Assembly: GCA_050258305.1 (NCBI GenBank)
Contig: JBLMYN010000552.1
Location: 1-41,679 of the forward strand
DNA length: 41,679 bases
Direction of reading: 5' to 3'
From: Actinomycetota bacterium
GTDB lineage: Bacteria > Acidobacteriota > Terriglobia > Terriglobales > Acidobacteriaceae
In this document: positions 19,833 through 28,006 of the stretch, piece after piece
How positions within the stretch are numbered: position 1 is the stretch's first letter
Layout: each line of letters opens with the position of its first letter
Translations under genes and position numbers: made by a program
Notes under the pieces: generated by a model
Seen by the model: the letters and a program-made list of their open reading frames with translations, nothing else
Told to the model about the DNA's origin: nothing
Databases searched by the model: none

Positions 19833-21383
19833 CTAAATTTCATTTTCAAAATGACCGGCAGGGACAGCAGCAGCTTCTTGCGACTGCAGGATTCCGGCAA
19901 GAGGCAACTCACGCAGAAGAGAACGTGCCGTCGCGTTCTCCAGGGCGCGTTCCAGCGCATGTCGAAATGCTCCTTTGAGCAATTCGGTATCGATCAAAAG
20001 AAGCCTGCCGGTACTCTGGTAAATGGAGAAACGACCGATAGGGCGGCCTCTTGAAGTGCAAAGATCAAGTGTAAGAATCAGCCGTTCCCTGCTGGCTCTC
20101 CACTGCAGTTTGATGGATCGGCCCGGGTCAGGATTGTCCAGGAATCCTTCGGGAGCAAACTTTTCGTCGAGGGCAATCTCGAACCCGTCAAAATCGTCGG
20201 CGAGACACTCTTCCAGGATGGCGGCTATTCCCGCCGCGTCATGCGCAGACTCCAGCCCGGCAGCCGCCTTTCGGAGAACGATGTTTCGCGCAAATACTTT
20301 TTTCTGGAGTTTCAGCCGCTGCCCAATGCGCTGGAATTCCCCGAACTCAGGATATTTGAGCTTGCGCAGACCAAAGAAAACCAGCATCAGCATGATCGCC
20401 GCGACGGGAATAAGCGCCAAAACGGAAGGACTGAGCAGAAAAAGGCTCAGTACCGCGCAGAGCGCTGAAATCCCGTAGAGCACCCATACGACCTGCCGCT
20501 GTGTCAGCCCGAGTTCAAGAAGCTTGTGGTGAATATGCTCGCGGTCGGCGCCAAAAATAGAGTGCCCGCTGAGGAAGCGGCGAAGCAGGCTCAGGCAAAC
20601 GTCAGTTAAAGGAAGTGCAAATGACACCACCGGGACAAGAATGCTGTCCATGGTGGAGATCTGGCGTTGCGATTCGGCCAGCACAAACGCGCTGAGAACA
20701 AATCCTACAAACAGGCTCCCGGAATCGCCGAGGAAAATGGAGGCCGGATTAAAGTTGAAGATGAGGAATCCAAAAAGGCTGCCTGCAAGGATCGTAGTTG
20801 CGGTAGCCACCCCGGGCCGGCTTCCGACGGCCAGAGTGAAGATGGTCACCATGGAGAACAATGCAGCGCCTGCGGCCAAGCCATCGAGACCATCAATCAG
20901 GTTGATGGCGTTGCATATCAAAACTACCCAGCATACAGTCAGACCCAGACAAATTGCTCTGGCCCAGAGTGCGCCCGCGTGGGTGGTGCAGAAACCCAGG
21001 TGGATCCCGGACTGGTAGAGTGCGACAGCTCCGGCAACTTCCACCAGCAGCTTAACCCGCGGCTTGATGGTGATTAGGTCATCCACCAGACCTACGAGAA
21101 AAAACACAGCCCCAATGAGCACAATCCGCACGACGCCGTTGTTGTTGGGGGCTGCACCCCATTTGTGGTTCGTGGCGAACAGGTACACGATGAACAGGGA
21201 TACAAACGTGACGAAAACAGCGAATCCGCCGAGGCGCGGGATTGGCGTAGAGTGGATATGCCGCGATGAATCCGGAGGCTTCGCCAGCCCGAAGCGGCTG
21301 GCCGCATCACGTACCAGCCATGTCAGGAGTGCCGAAACGGCGACACTGACCATGAAACTTGCGAGATACTGCAACATATCCAA
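19833..21383 (-). CDS. Glycosyltransferase family 4 polyprenyl-phosphate sugar-1-phosphate transferase (WecA/MraY-like) with C-terminal cytoplasmic extension
   Basis: Multi-TM protein with GT4 motifs (IPRLGGFAVF, VGLVDDL, NLIDGLDGLA, FLGDSGS). An extra soluble tail of about 170 aa follows the last TM helix. Confidence 0.85.
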   Translation of the reverse strand: MDMLQYLASFMVSVAVSALLTWLVRDAASRFGLAKPPDSSRHIHSTPIPRLGGFAVFVTFVSLFIVYLFATNHKWGAAPNNNGVVRIVLIGAVFFLVGLVDDLITIKPRVKLLVEVAGAVALYQSGIHLGFCTTHAGALWARAICLGLTVCWVVLICNAINLIDGLDGLAAGAALFSMVTIFTLAVGSRPGVATATTILAGSLFGFLIFNFNPASIFLGDSGSLFVGFVLSAFVLAESQRQISTMDSILVPVVSFALPLTDVCLSLLRRFLSGHSIFGADREHIHHKLLELGLTQRQVVWVLYGISALCAVLSLFLLSPSVLALIPVAAIMLMLVFFGLRKLKYPEFGEFQRIGQRLKLQKKVFARNIVLRKAAAGLESAHDAAGIAAILEECLADDFDGFEIALDEKFAPEGFLDNPDPGRSIKLQWRASRERLILTLDLCTSRGRPIGRFSIYQSTGRLLLIDTELLKGAFRHALERALENATARSLLRELPLAGILQSQEAAAVPAGHFENEI

Positions 21384-21521
21384 AAGGAACGCTTCTCTCC
21401 CAAACCTTTATGGAAACAACCTTTTGTGCCTGTTCAGAGTTGCTGAGAATGATAACACCGTCTGCAAAACATAGTGGAGCAAAAAACAACCTGAGATCAG
21501 CAGTGCTCTCTCGCCAGCTTT

Positions 21522-21537
21522 AGATTCTTAAGAATCT
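21522..21537. promoter_or_regulatory. Perfect 16-bp palindrome in a divergent promoter region
   Basis: AGATTCTTAAGAATCT, AT-rich within a GC-rich intergenic region. It lies about 100 nt upstream of the BON gene start and about 140 nt upstream of the GT4 gene start. Confidence 0.3.
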
Positions 21538-21638
21538 TCTAATAGTGCTTTTTACTGAGGTGCTGCCCCTCGGCCCGCCAAGCACGCTCCACGCGCATCC
21601 AACGCAATTAGGTTAAAAAAATAAGAGAGGAGACCAGG

Positions 21639-22202
21639 ATGAGAAGGATTCCTTCGAGTTGGTCGATCATTGCCTTGTGCCTGCTGATGATTGCTTCCGG
21701 ATGGGCGCAATCCGCGCCCCTAGATCAGTCTTCAGCAGGAAACCAGCGTATGCAGGAGAGAATCACGCAAGACGTGTACCACCAACTCACCATGCTGCCG
21801 CAGCTTTCGATCTTTGACAATCTTTCCTACAAGGTCAACGGCCATACCGTAACCCTTATGGGACATGTCCGGAACGCCGTCTTGAAAAGCGAGGCAGAAG
21901 ATGCGGTCAAGCACATTGAGGGCGTAACAACGGTCAATAATCAAATTCAGATACTGCCGCCTTCGCCGAACGATGACCTTATTCGCCGCGAGGTGGCGCG
22001 AGCGATTTTCAATGACAACCGCCTGTTTCCGTACGCGATACAAGCGGTTCCCCCGATACACATTATCGTGGACGGTGGTCATGTGACGCTGGATGGAGCA
22101 GTGAACAGTCAGGCTGACAAGAACCAGGCTGGGCTTCGCGCTAATTCGGTCCCGGGAGTGTTCTCCGTGAAGAACAACCTCAAGGTAGAGAGTACGAAAT
22201 AG
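21639..22202 (+). CDS. Secreted BON-domain protein (OsmY-like, two BON domains)
   Basis: Signal peptide (ALCLLMIASGWAQS). Two BON units (FDNLSYKVNGHTVTLMGHV...VTTVNNQIQI; IHIIVDGGHVTLDGAV...VFSVKNNLKV). RBS is GAGAGGAG. Confidence 0.85.
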   Translation: MRRIPSSWSIIALCLLMIASGWAQSAPLDQSSAGNQRMQERITQDVYHQLTMLPQLSIFDNLSYKVNGHTVTLMGHVRNAVLKSEAEDAVKHIEGVTTVNNQIQILPPSPNDDLIRREVARAIFNDNRLFPYAIQAVPPIHIIVDGGHVTLDGAVNSQADKNQAGLRANSVPGVFSVKNNLKVESTK

Positions 22203-22265
22203 GCGGAAAGGTCCGAATGCGCGATGGTGCTGCGACTGGACCCACCCAAGCACGGCAACTGTGAC

Positions 22266-22493
22266 TCAGGCTGCATCCGGCTTGCTCCTTAGAACATGGA
22301 CGGGCTGGGGCGCGGATATCGTCATGAGGGTTCCGCACACGGAACAGTAGACCGATCCGGCATGATCCACCACAGCCGGGACGGTCCTGAAGCCGCGGTT
22401 GCACTTGGGGCATTTCACTTCGATGATTTCGACCAAATGGGAACCCTGATTTCCTTGTTTGGAATCACAGCTTAACACGTTTACGTACCTCAA
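22266..22493 (-). CDS. Small zinc-ribbon protein (hypothetical)
   Basis: CPKCN...CSVCG pair of CxxC motifs, 37 nt downstream of the preceding gene. The start codon is uncertain (TTG in the track, with internal GTG and TTG alternatives). Confidence 0.4.
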   Translation of the reverse strand: MRYVNVLSCDSKQGNQGSHLVEIIEVKCPKCNRGFRTVPAVVDHAGSVYCSVCGTLMTISAPQPVHVLRSKPDAA

Positions 22494-22530
22494 CTGGCGG
22501 AACAGGAAGAAGGGTGGCTTTTACCCGAAC

Positions 22531-23784
22531 TCATTGAGGGGTTATCCCGTTGCTGGCAACCACGCGCGCGACCGCAAGCATCGCGATGGCCTGCGCGGAA
22601 GGATCCCGCAGAGCCTGGGCCCTGGTTAGCGCATCCAGCGAGTTCACCTGGGCAGCAGCTTCTCCCACCTCCTGCACCAGGGCAGAAGTATCCGTCTTGG
22701 GGGTACGCGCGTCCCATGCCTCGTTCACGGCGTCAAATGCCATATCAAAATACCTGGCTGCCTGGGTCTTGTGGCCTGCGGTACCGGCGGCAAAGCCGCT
22801 GGCCGCAGCCTGGCGCGCCCGCTCCACAGGGGGCAGCCCACGTAAGTTCTCAGTCTGGTCAGTTCCTACCTTGTCCATGGCTTCAAGAACTGAGACCGTA
22901 TCCTCGTGCGGACGTTCAATTTCACGGGTCGCCCCCGGGTTTTGCACCACTGAATTTGCAACCACGTCCTGCTGCAGCGCACCTTCGTAGTCTTTTTCAC
23001 CGAGCGCCTGTTGCATTGCCCCGGCTGTGATGTGAATGGCCATGGTTCGCAAAGCGCTGTCCTGCAGCTTGCCCAGCCAATCCAGCAACTCCAGGCCCGT
23101 GCGACTGGCCAGCTCCTTGTCCAGGTTCGGAGCCATCTGTGCATACATCGCGGCAAAATTTTCTGCTTCGCCCGCATAATCGTGCGCGTCGGGGAGAGAA
23201 TTGAACATCTTTTCAAAGTGGACCTGAGACCACTGAGACCGGCTGCCCTGAGCTTCAATGGTGGCCATCAGAGCACGAGACGGAACAATCCCTTTGTCCA
23301 GAGCAGCGTCAAGTTTCCGCGAAACCGCATTGAGGGTCTGTTTTGGACACGACGTCACCGCTCCGATGAGAGACTGCTCGGCTTGAAAAGCAGCATTGTC
23401 AGGAAGGTTCTCCACAAAGCTCAATGCCGCCTGGCAATCCGCCTCACCGCTGGCCATCAATGAGATGGCAGGCCGTTGGCCGACTCGAATCAACTCGGAT
23501 TCTATGCGCACACCCTCGCGCCAGAGTTGCCTGGCCTTCTTGTGGTCGATGGTCGCTACCACATCCGCCGCGCTGGCCAGCACTCGCAGATGGTCCTGCG
23601 GATCGGGCTCAGGCAACGCTACAGCCATGTTTACCGTGTCCAGCACAAACTTCTGCTGCGGCGTGAGACGGGCAGGGGCAGGCTTCTGCTGCTGAGGCGC
23701 CTGGGACTTCAGTTTGGGCGGTTGCTGCGCTATTGTGCTCAAAGACAAGGCCGCCAAAGCGGCACCGGCAATCAGCTTTTTCAT
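22531..23784 (-). CDS. Secreted alpha-helical protein of unknown function
   Basis: The start is placed at MKKLIAGAALAALSLSTIAQQ, a signal peptide. The rest is Ala/Gln-rich and helical, and no family was recognised. Confidence 0.65.
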   Translation of the reverse strand: MKKLIAGAALAALSLSTIAQQPPKLKSQAPQQQKPAPARLTPQQKFVLDTVNMAVALPEPDPQDHLRVLASAADVVATIDHKKARQLWREGVRIESELIRVGQRPAISLMASGEADCQAALSFVENLPDNAAFQAEQSLIGAVTSCPKQTLNAVSRKLDAALDKGIVPSRALMATIEAQGSRSQWSQVHFEKMFNSLPDAHDYAGEAENFAAMYAQMAPNLDKELASRTGLELLDWLGKLQDSALRTMAIHITAGAMQQALGEKDYEGALQQDVVANSVVQNPGATREIERPHEDTVSVLEAMDKVGTDQTENLRGLPPVERARQAAASGFAAGTAGHKTQAARYFDMAFDAVNEAWDARTPKTDTSALVQEVGEAAAQVNSLDALTRAQALRDPSAQAIAMLAVARVVASNGITPQ

Positions 23785-23953
23785 TCGGTACACCTGAATC
23801 TCAGAGTTGACCGGGAACCTCATTTTTGTGAGGACATGACGAGGCTACCGGAGCATCAACTCTGGTTCAACGTTCCCGGCGTTTTTTTCCGAGTAGAGGG
23901 TTAGAGCAGCCTTAGCACGAACCGAACATAGTCACCGAAACCAGATGGGATGG

Positions 23954-24970
23954 CTACGCGGAAGCGCGCAGCTCCTCGACGATTTCGCTGGCTGCCTTGC
24001 GGGCGAGAATGGCCTGGTCCGGAGGGAATGAGATGGCGCCAACACGGGCGTGCCCTCCGCCTCCGTAACGTTCACAAATCTTTGCCAGATTCACCATGTT
24101 CTCTTTCTTCGTCCAGGGATTCGAGCCCACGGAGACTTTCACACGAAAACTGCTGCGGCTGAGCCCGACGCTGTATACAGAATCCTGATGGAGATAGTAA
24201 GGAATGAACTTGTTGTAGCCTTCCAGATCGTAATCACTGATGTCGAAAAAAATAGTCTGCTGCCGGCATTCGGAATGTCGGCGGATGATACCGATAGATT
24301 CGCGGTGACGCTGCATGAGGGCCGGGATCAAAACGGCTACGAATGGCTCATTGATCACGCTCGCGAGCGGTTCTGTAACCATAAAAGGAATCAGACGGGG
24401 GAGAAATTCTGAGTCGTTGGTGGATTCAATGGCCATCGTGAGTTTCATGGCCGGTTCAGCCATTTCCACCGCCTGCTGCGGCGACTCAAACTGTGCGCCG
24501 TCGATGATGTCAGCCCACTCGATCAGCTCGGCGATCGGAGACGGGTCAAACCCGAATTTTTCCTGTGCTACCTGCGCCAGAAACTTGGTGCAGGACTTGA
24601 ATTCCGGATCGTAGAACTTGTGGCTCTTGTCGTGAGTGCGGTAATGTTCAGCGTCCTGAGGCGTGAGAAAGGCGCTCTGGTGATGGTCGAACCACCATGT
24701 GATCTGCGGCGATGCCGAATACTTGAAATCGACGATGACATTCTCGTCGCCGTCAAATTCAGTTTCATCGAAAAGCGCTCCTGCACGATGAACCAGGCCA
24801 GTGAACTGAAATATTGCATCTTCTCGGATGCGCTCGCGATAAAAGCGGGAGAACAGCGCAGCCGAGGAGGCGCCGTCAAAACATTTGCCGTGGAAAAAGA
24901 CCCTTACCTTCACTCGCGCGGTCCCCTTTGCATAATTTGCCGCAAACAATAAAACTACTAGAAATGACAC
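23954..24970 (-). CDS. DHH/DHHA1 family phosphoesterase
   Basis: Motif I-like FFHGKCFDGASS, motif III WWFDHH, DHHA1 motif GGGGHARVGA. 338 aa. The exact start is uncertain. Confidence 0.7.
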   Translation of the reverse strand: MSFLVVLLFAANYAKGTARVKVRVFFHGKCFDGASSAALFSRFYRERIREDAIFQFTGLVHRAGALFDETEFDGDENVIVDFKYSASPQITWWFDHHQSAFLTPQDAEHYRTHDKSHKFYDPEFKSCTKFLAQVAQEKFGFDPSPIAELIEWADIIDGAQFESPQQAVEMAEPAMKLTMAIESTNDSEFLPRLIPFMVTEPLASVINEPFVAVLIPALMQRHRESIGIIRRHSECRQQTIFFDISDYDLEGYNKFIPYYLHQDSVYSVGLSRSSFRVKVSVGSNPWTKKENMVNLAKICERYGGGGHARVGAISFPPDQAILARKAASEIVEELRASA

Positions 24971-25055
24971 TCCGGCACGGGTTCTGTCAAGGTAACCGGC
25001 AACGCAGCCAACTGGTTCGAGGATGGTCTGCGAACTGGCTCTTCAGGCTGTAGGA

Positions 25056-25427
25056 CTATTTGTAAATGGAAAACTGCGGTCGCGGTTTCTGCAATTTGAT
25101 GGTGACTTGCATACTGGGCTTGCTCACCTCAAAATCGTTCCCCCAAGTGCGGAAGCCACGAGCAATCACCTGAATTCTGACCTTGCCATAGGGAACCCCG
25201 TCAGTCCATGTTTTGCCGTCTTCGTGGGTCTTCAATTCCAATCCGTCCTGCTTCTCGTTGCCATCTCTGTCCAGCATGTGCAGGACTACTTCGGCATTTT
25301 TCACCGGCTTGCCGTTGGTTGCCCTCACAACAAGAAGATTCATCGTGGCGGTGGGTGGCTTGTCCTGGGCCATCGCAACAATGCAGAAAAGTAAACCCGA
25401 AACGAGGGCTGGTCGCATGCGAGTCAT
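25056..25427 (-). CDS. Small secreted carboxypeptidase-regulatory-like (Ig-like beta-sandwich) domain protein
   Basis: The start is placed at MTRMRPALVSGLLFCIVAMAQ, a signal peptide. This is followed by LVVRATNGKPVKNAEVVL...DGVPYGKVRIQVIARGF. Confidence 0.6.
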   Translation of the reverse strand: MTRMRPALVSGLLFCIVAMAQDKPPTATMNLLVVRATNGKPVKNAEVVLHMLDRDGNEKQDGLELKTHEDGKTWTDGVPYGKVRIQVIARGFRTWGNDFEVSKPSMQVTIKLQKPRPQFSIYK

Positions 25428-25690
25428 GCCGGTATTGTACCAAGCCGCAGGTCTGAATTCCGAGAATTGGCCTGCAATCAGCGGATGGGTTCCAGAAGAG
25501 TACCTGTGCGACGGAAAAACTTTGGTAAGGTTGCGCAAAATGACTTTGGTAACTTGTTGATGCAGGCTGGCAGAGACACAATCTTTATCACTACGGATTC
25601 CGGGCTGCTGGTTTGGCTCGTATCCACTGCCGCTGATGGTCTACGCGGTGCTGTTACGAAAGCCCTTCCGGGATCTTTAGTTACGGCTCT

Positions 25691-26338
25691 GTGCGTATGA
25701 CAAACGAATATTCAAAAAGCGACCATCGCCCTCCTGTAATCCGGCCGCGCGAAGCCGGGTTCACGCTCATTGAAACCGCTCTTGTTGTTGCAATCATGAT
25801 GATTGCAGCGGCGATATCGCTATTCAGCCTTCCGCCGGCCCTTCGAGCGATGCGGATCAATTCGGCTCTGCAGATGACATTGGACACGCTGGGGCGCGCC
25901 CATGGACTGGCGTCAGCAAACCGGTGCGTCTATCAGGTTGATTTCACGCTGCCCAACCAAATCACGGTTACCCAGACGGCAACAGGAACCGTGGTTCTCC
26001 GGAACCAGTTGCCACCCGGGGTGAGCTTTGATGCCGAACCTGGCATACCATCCACGCCGGCAACAACACCCGACGGCTTCGGGTCCGGAGCCATCACGGG
26101 CGCAGTTGATTTCGATGCCGACTTTGGGTTGGGCGGAGCAACGCGAGTTTTCTTCTTGCCGGATGGAACTGCGAGGGACCAGAACGGCCATATCAACAAT
26201 GGCGTCGTTTATCTCGCACAACCGGGTGACCTGCTGAGCTCGCGCGCCGTGACCTTGTGGGGTCTTACAAGCCACTTGAAGCCTTGGCGTCTGCATTCCA
26301 ATAGCAACACGGGCGTGGCAGTCTGGGGGCAACCATGA
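25691..26338 (+). CDS. Minor pseudopilin, GspH/FimT-like
   Basis: Prepilin cleavage/methylation motif G|FTLIETALVVAIMMIAA. GspH-like body (LQMTLDTLGRAHGLA...VYQVDF). Confidence 0.8.
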   Translation: MRMTNEYSKSDHRPPVIRPREAGFTLIETALVVAIMMIAAAISLFSLPPALRAMRINSALQMTLDTLGRAHGLASANRCVYQVDFTLPNQITVTQTATGTVVLRNQLPPGVSFDAEPGIPSTPATTPDGFGSGAITGAVDFDADFGLGGATRVFFLPDGTARDQNGHINNGVVYLAQPGDLLSSRAVTLWGLTSHLKPWRLHSNSNTGVAVWGQP

Positions 26339-26889
26339 AAGACAATCGTGCACGTCGCCGAAAGTCAGCTGCGGGATTCACTTTAATGGAAGTGTTGATC
26401 GCCATTGTTGTTTTGACGATTGCGCTCATGGGCCTGCTGAGCGCCCTGGGCTTTGCCATGGCGGCCACTCACGGTTCGCAACAAGACCTGATCGCCAAGC
26501 AACTGGCCACAGAGGCGATGGAAAGCATCTTCACCGCCCGCAATACGGCGCAGGTCCAATGGCTTCAGATCCAGAATATCGGCGCGGGAACAAACCCGGA
26601 CGGCATCTTTTTAACCGGCCCACAGGCGATCAATCAGGCCGGACCTGACGGAATTCTCGGCACCGCGGACGACGCCGGTGCCGGCCCCGTGATTCTGGCT
26701 GGACCCGATGGTGTGGTCGGCACGGCGGATGACATTACGCTGAACAATTTCAGCCGTACTATTGCGATCACACCTGTAGCGAACACACCGGCGCTCCGCA
26801 CAATTAGCGTCACGATCACTTACAGTGTCCCTCCCCTTCACACGATCAAGAACTACTCGATGACAGGTTTTATTTCCCAGTACCGTTAA
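26335..26889 (+). CDS. Minor pseudopilin, GspI/PilV-like
   Basis: G|FTLMEVLIAIVVLTIALMGLL N-terminal methylation motif. ATGA overlap with the upstream gene. Confidence 0.8.
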   Translation: MKDNRARRRKSAAGFTLMEVLIAIVVLTIALMGLLSALGFAMAATHGSQQDLIAKQLATEAMESIFTARNTAQVQWLQIQNIGAGTNPDGIFLTGPQAINQAGPDGILGTADDAGAGPVILAGPDGVVGTADDITLNNFSRTIAITPVANTPALRTISVTITYSVPPLHTIKNYSMTGFISQYR

Positions 26890-26899
26890 AGGCGGTTTT

Positions 26900-28006
26900 A
26901 TGCGACTCCGGTCGAAGGCAAGTTCGGGTTTTACCCTGGTCGAATTGCTGGTGGCGATGGCGCTGAGCCTCCTGGTCCTGGGGGCCGGGCTAACCATGTT
27001 TAAGCAGGGCAACGACGTTGCAACAGTGGTTTCCGCACGAGCGCAAATGCAGCAGGACCTTCGCGCCTCTGAAAATCTCATCATTAGAGATATCAGCCTG
27101 GCAGGCGCAGGCCTTCCCAACGGCGGAGTGGGTCTTCCCATCGGAGGAGGACCGAACCCGAAATACGGATGCGATCAGACAGCCGCCTGCTATGTGCCAT
27201 TCGCAGGTGCGGGCGTCTCCAATGGCATCAACGTTCCCAATCGACAATTGACATACATAGTCCCCGGCCCTGGGCTGGGACCGAAATTGAATGGCACCCA
27301 ACCCAACAGCGATGTCGTCACTGTGGTGTATGCAGATACTGCATTCGCTCTTGATCAATACAGCGTTGCATTTAACGCAAATGCAACACAGGTTACCTTT
27401 ACCGCGCCGAACCCCTTGCCAGCACCTCCGCCACAGACGGTCGACGATCCGAGCGTCGGACTGGTTCCCGGCGATCTTGTCTTCTTCCAGAATGGAGCTG
27501 GAAAAGCCGCTATTGCTGAGGTCACAGGCGCGGTGAACCGAGTCAATACGAAGACCTTCACCGTTCCCTTTTTGAGCGGCGATGTCCTCAATTTCAATCA
27601 GCCCGGTACATCCGGAGATCTGGATGACTTCGTCGGAAGCGCCAGCCCGGCGCAGGCACGTCGAATCTGGGTAATTACGTATTACCTTTCCACCTGGACC
27701 GACGGTACCGGGAATGTCATTCCCCGCCTCATGAGACAGGTTAACGGACAACCAGCGGTCCCTGTCGCCGAGAATATCGTTGATTTTCGGCTCAGCTATG
27801 ACACCTACGATGCCAACGGCAATCTCCTGGTCAACTCCAAGGACGCCGGGGCGTCGGTTGGCGTCAGCCCCAACATGATTCGCAAAGTAAACATCCAGCA
27901 CCTTACCGCCAAAAAGCAACTCCCCCGAAGCCTGGGTTTTGAAACCATTGATCTGCAAACCCAGATCAGCGCGCGAAATATGAGTTTCAAAGACCGGTAT
28001 CAATGA
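26900..28006 (+). CDS. Minor pseudopilin, GspJ/PilW-like
   Basis: G|FTLVELLVAMALSLLVLGAGL motif. 368 aa. 4-nt overlap with the next gene. Confidence 0.8.
   Translation: MRLRSKASSGFTLVELLVAMALSLLVLGAGLTMFKQGNDVATVVSARAQMQQDLRASENLIIRDISLAGAGLPNGGVGLPIGGGPNPKYGCDQTAACYVPFAGAGVSNGINVPNRQLTYIVPGPGLGPKLNGTQPNSDVVTVVYADTAFALDQYSVAFNANATQVTFTAPNPLPAPPPQTVDDPSVGLVPGDLVFFQNGAGKAAIAEVTGAVNRVNTKTFTVPFLSGDVLNFNQPGTSGDLDDFVGSASPAQARRIWVITYYLSTWTDGTGNVIPRLMRQVNGQPAVPVAENIVDFRLSYDTYDANGNLLVNSKDAGASVGVSPNMIRKVNIQHLTAKKQLPRSLGFETIDLQTQISARNMSFKDRYQ

Noticed and set aside
25467-25482. TTGGCC-N-CAGC with correct GG-N10-GC spacing upstream of the pseudopilin operon (possible sigma-54 promoter)
   Set aside because: Only the GG and GC dinucleotides and the C after GG match. 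The T-rich part of the -12 element is missing and the site is about 210 nt from the start codon. It is too weak to call without a PWM scan.
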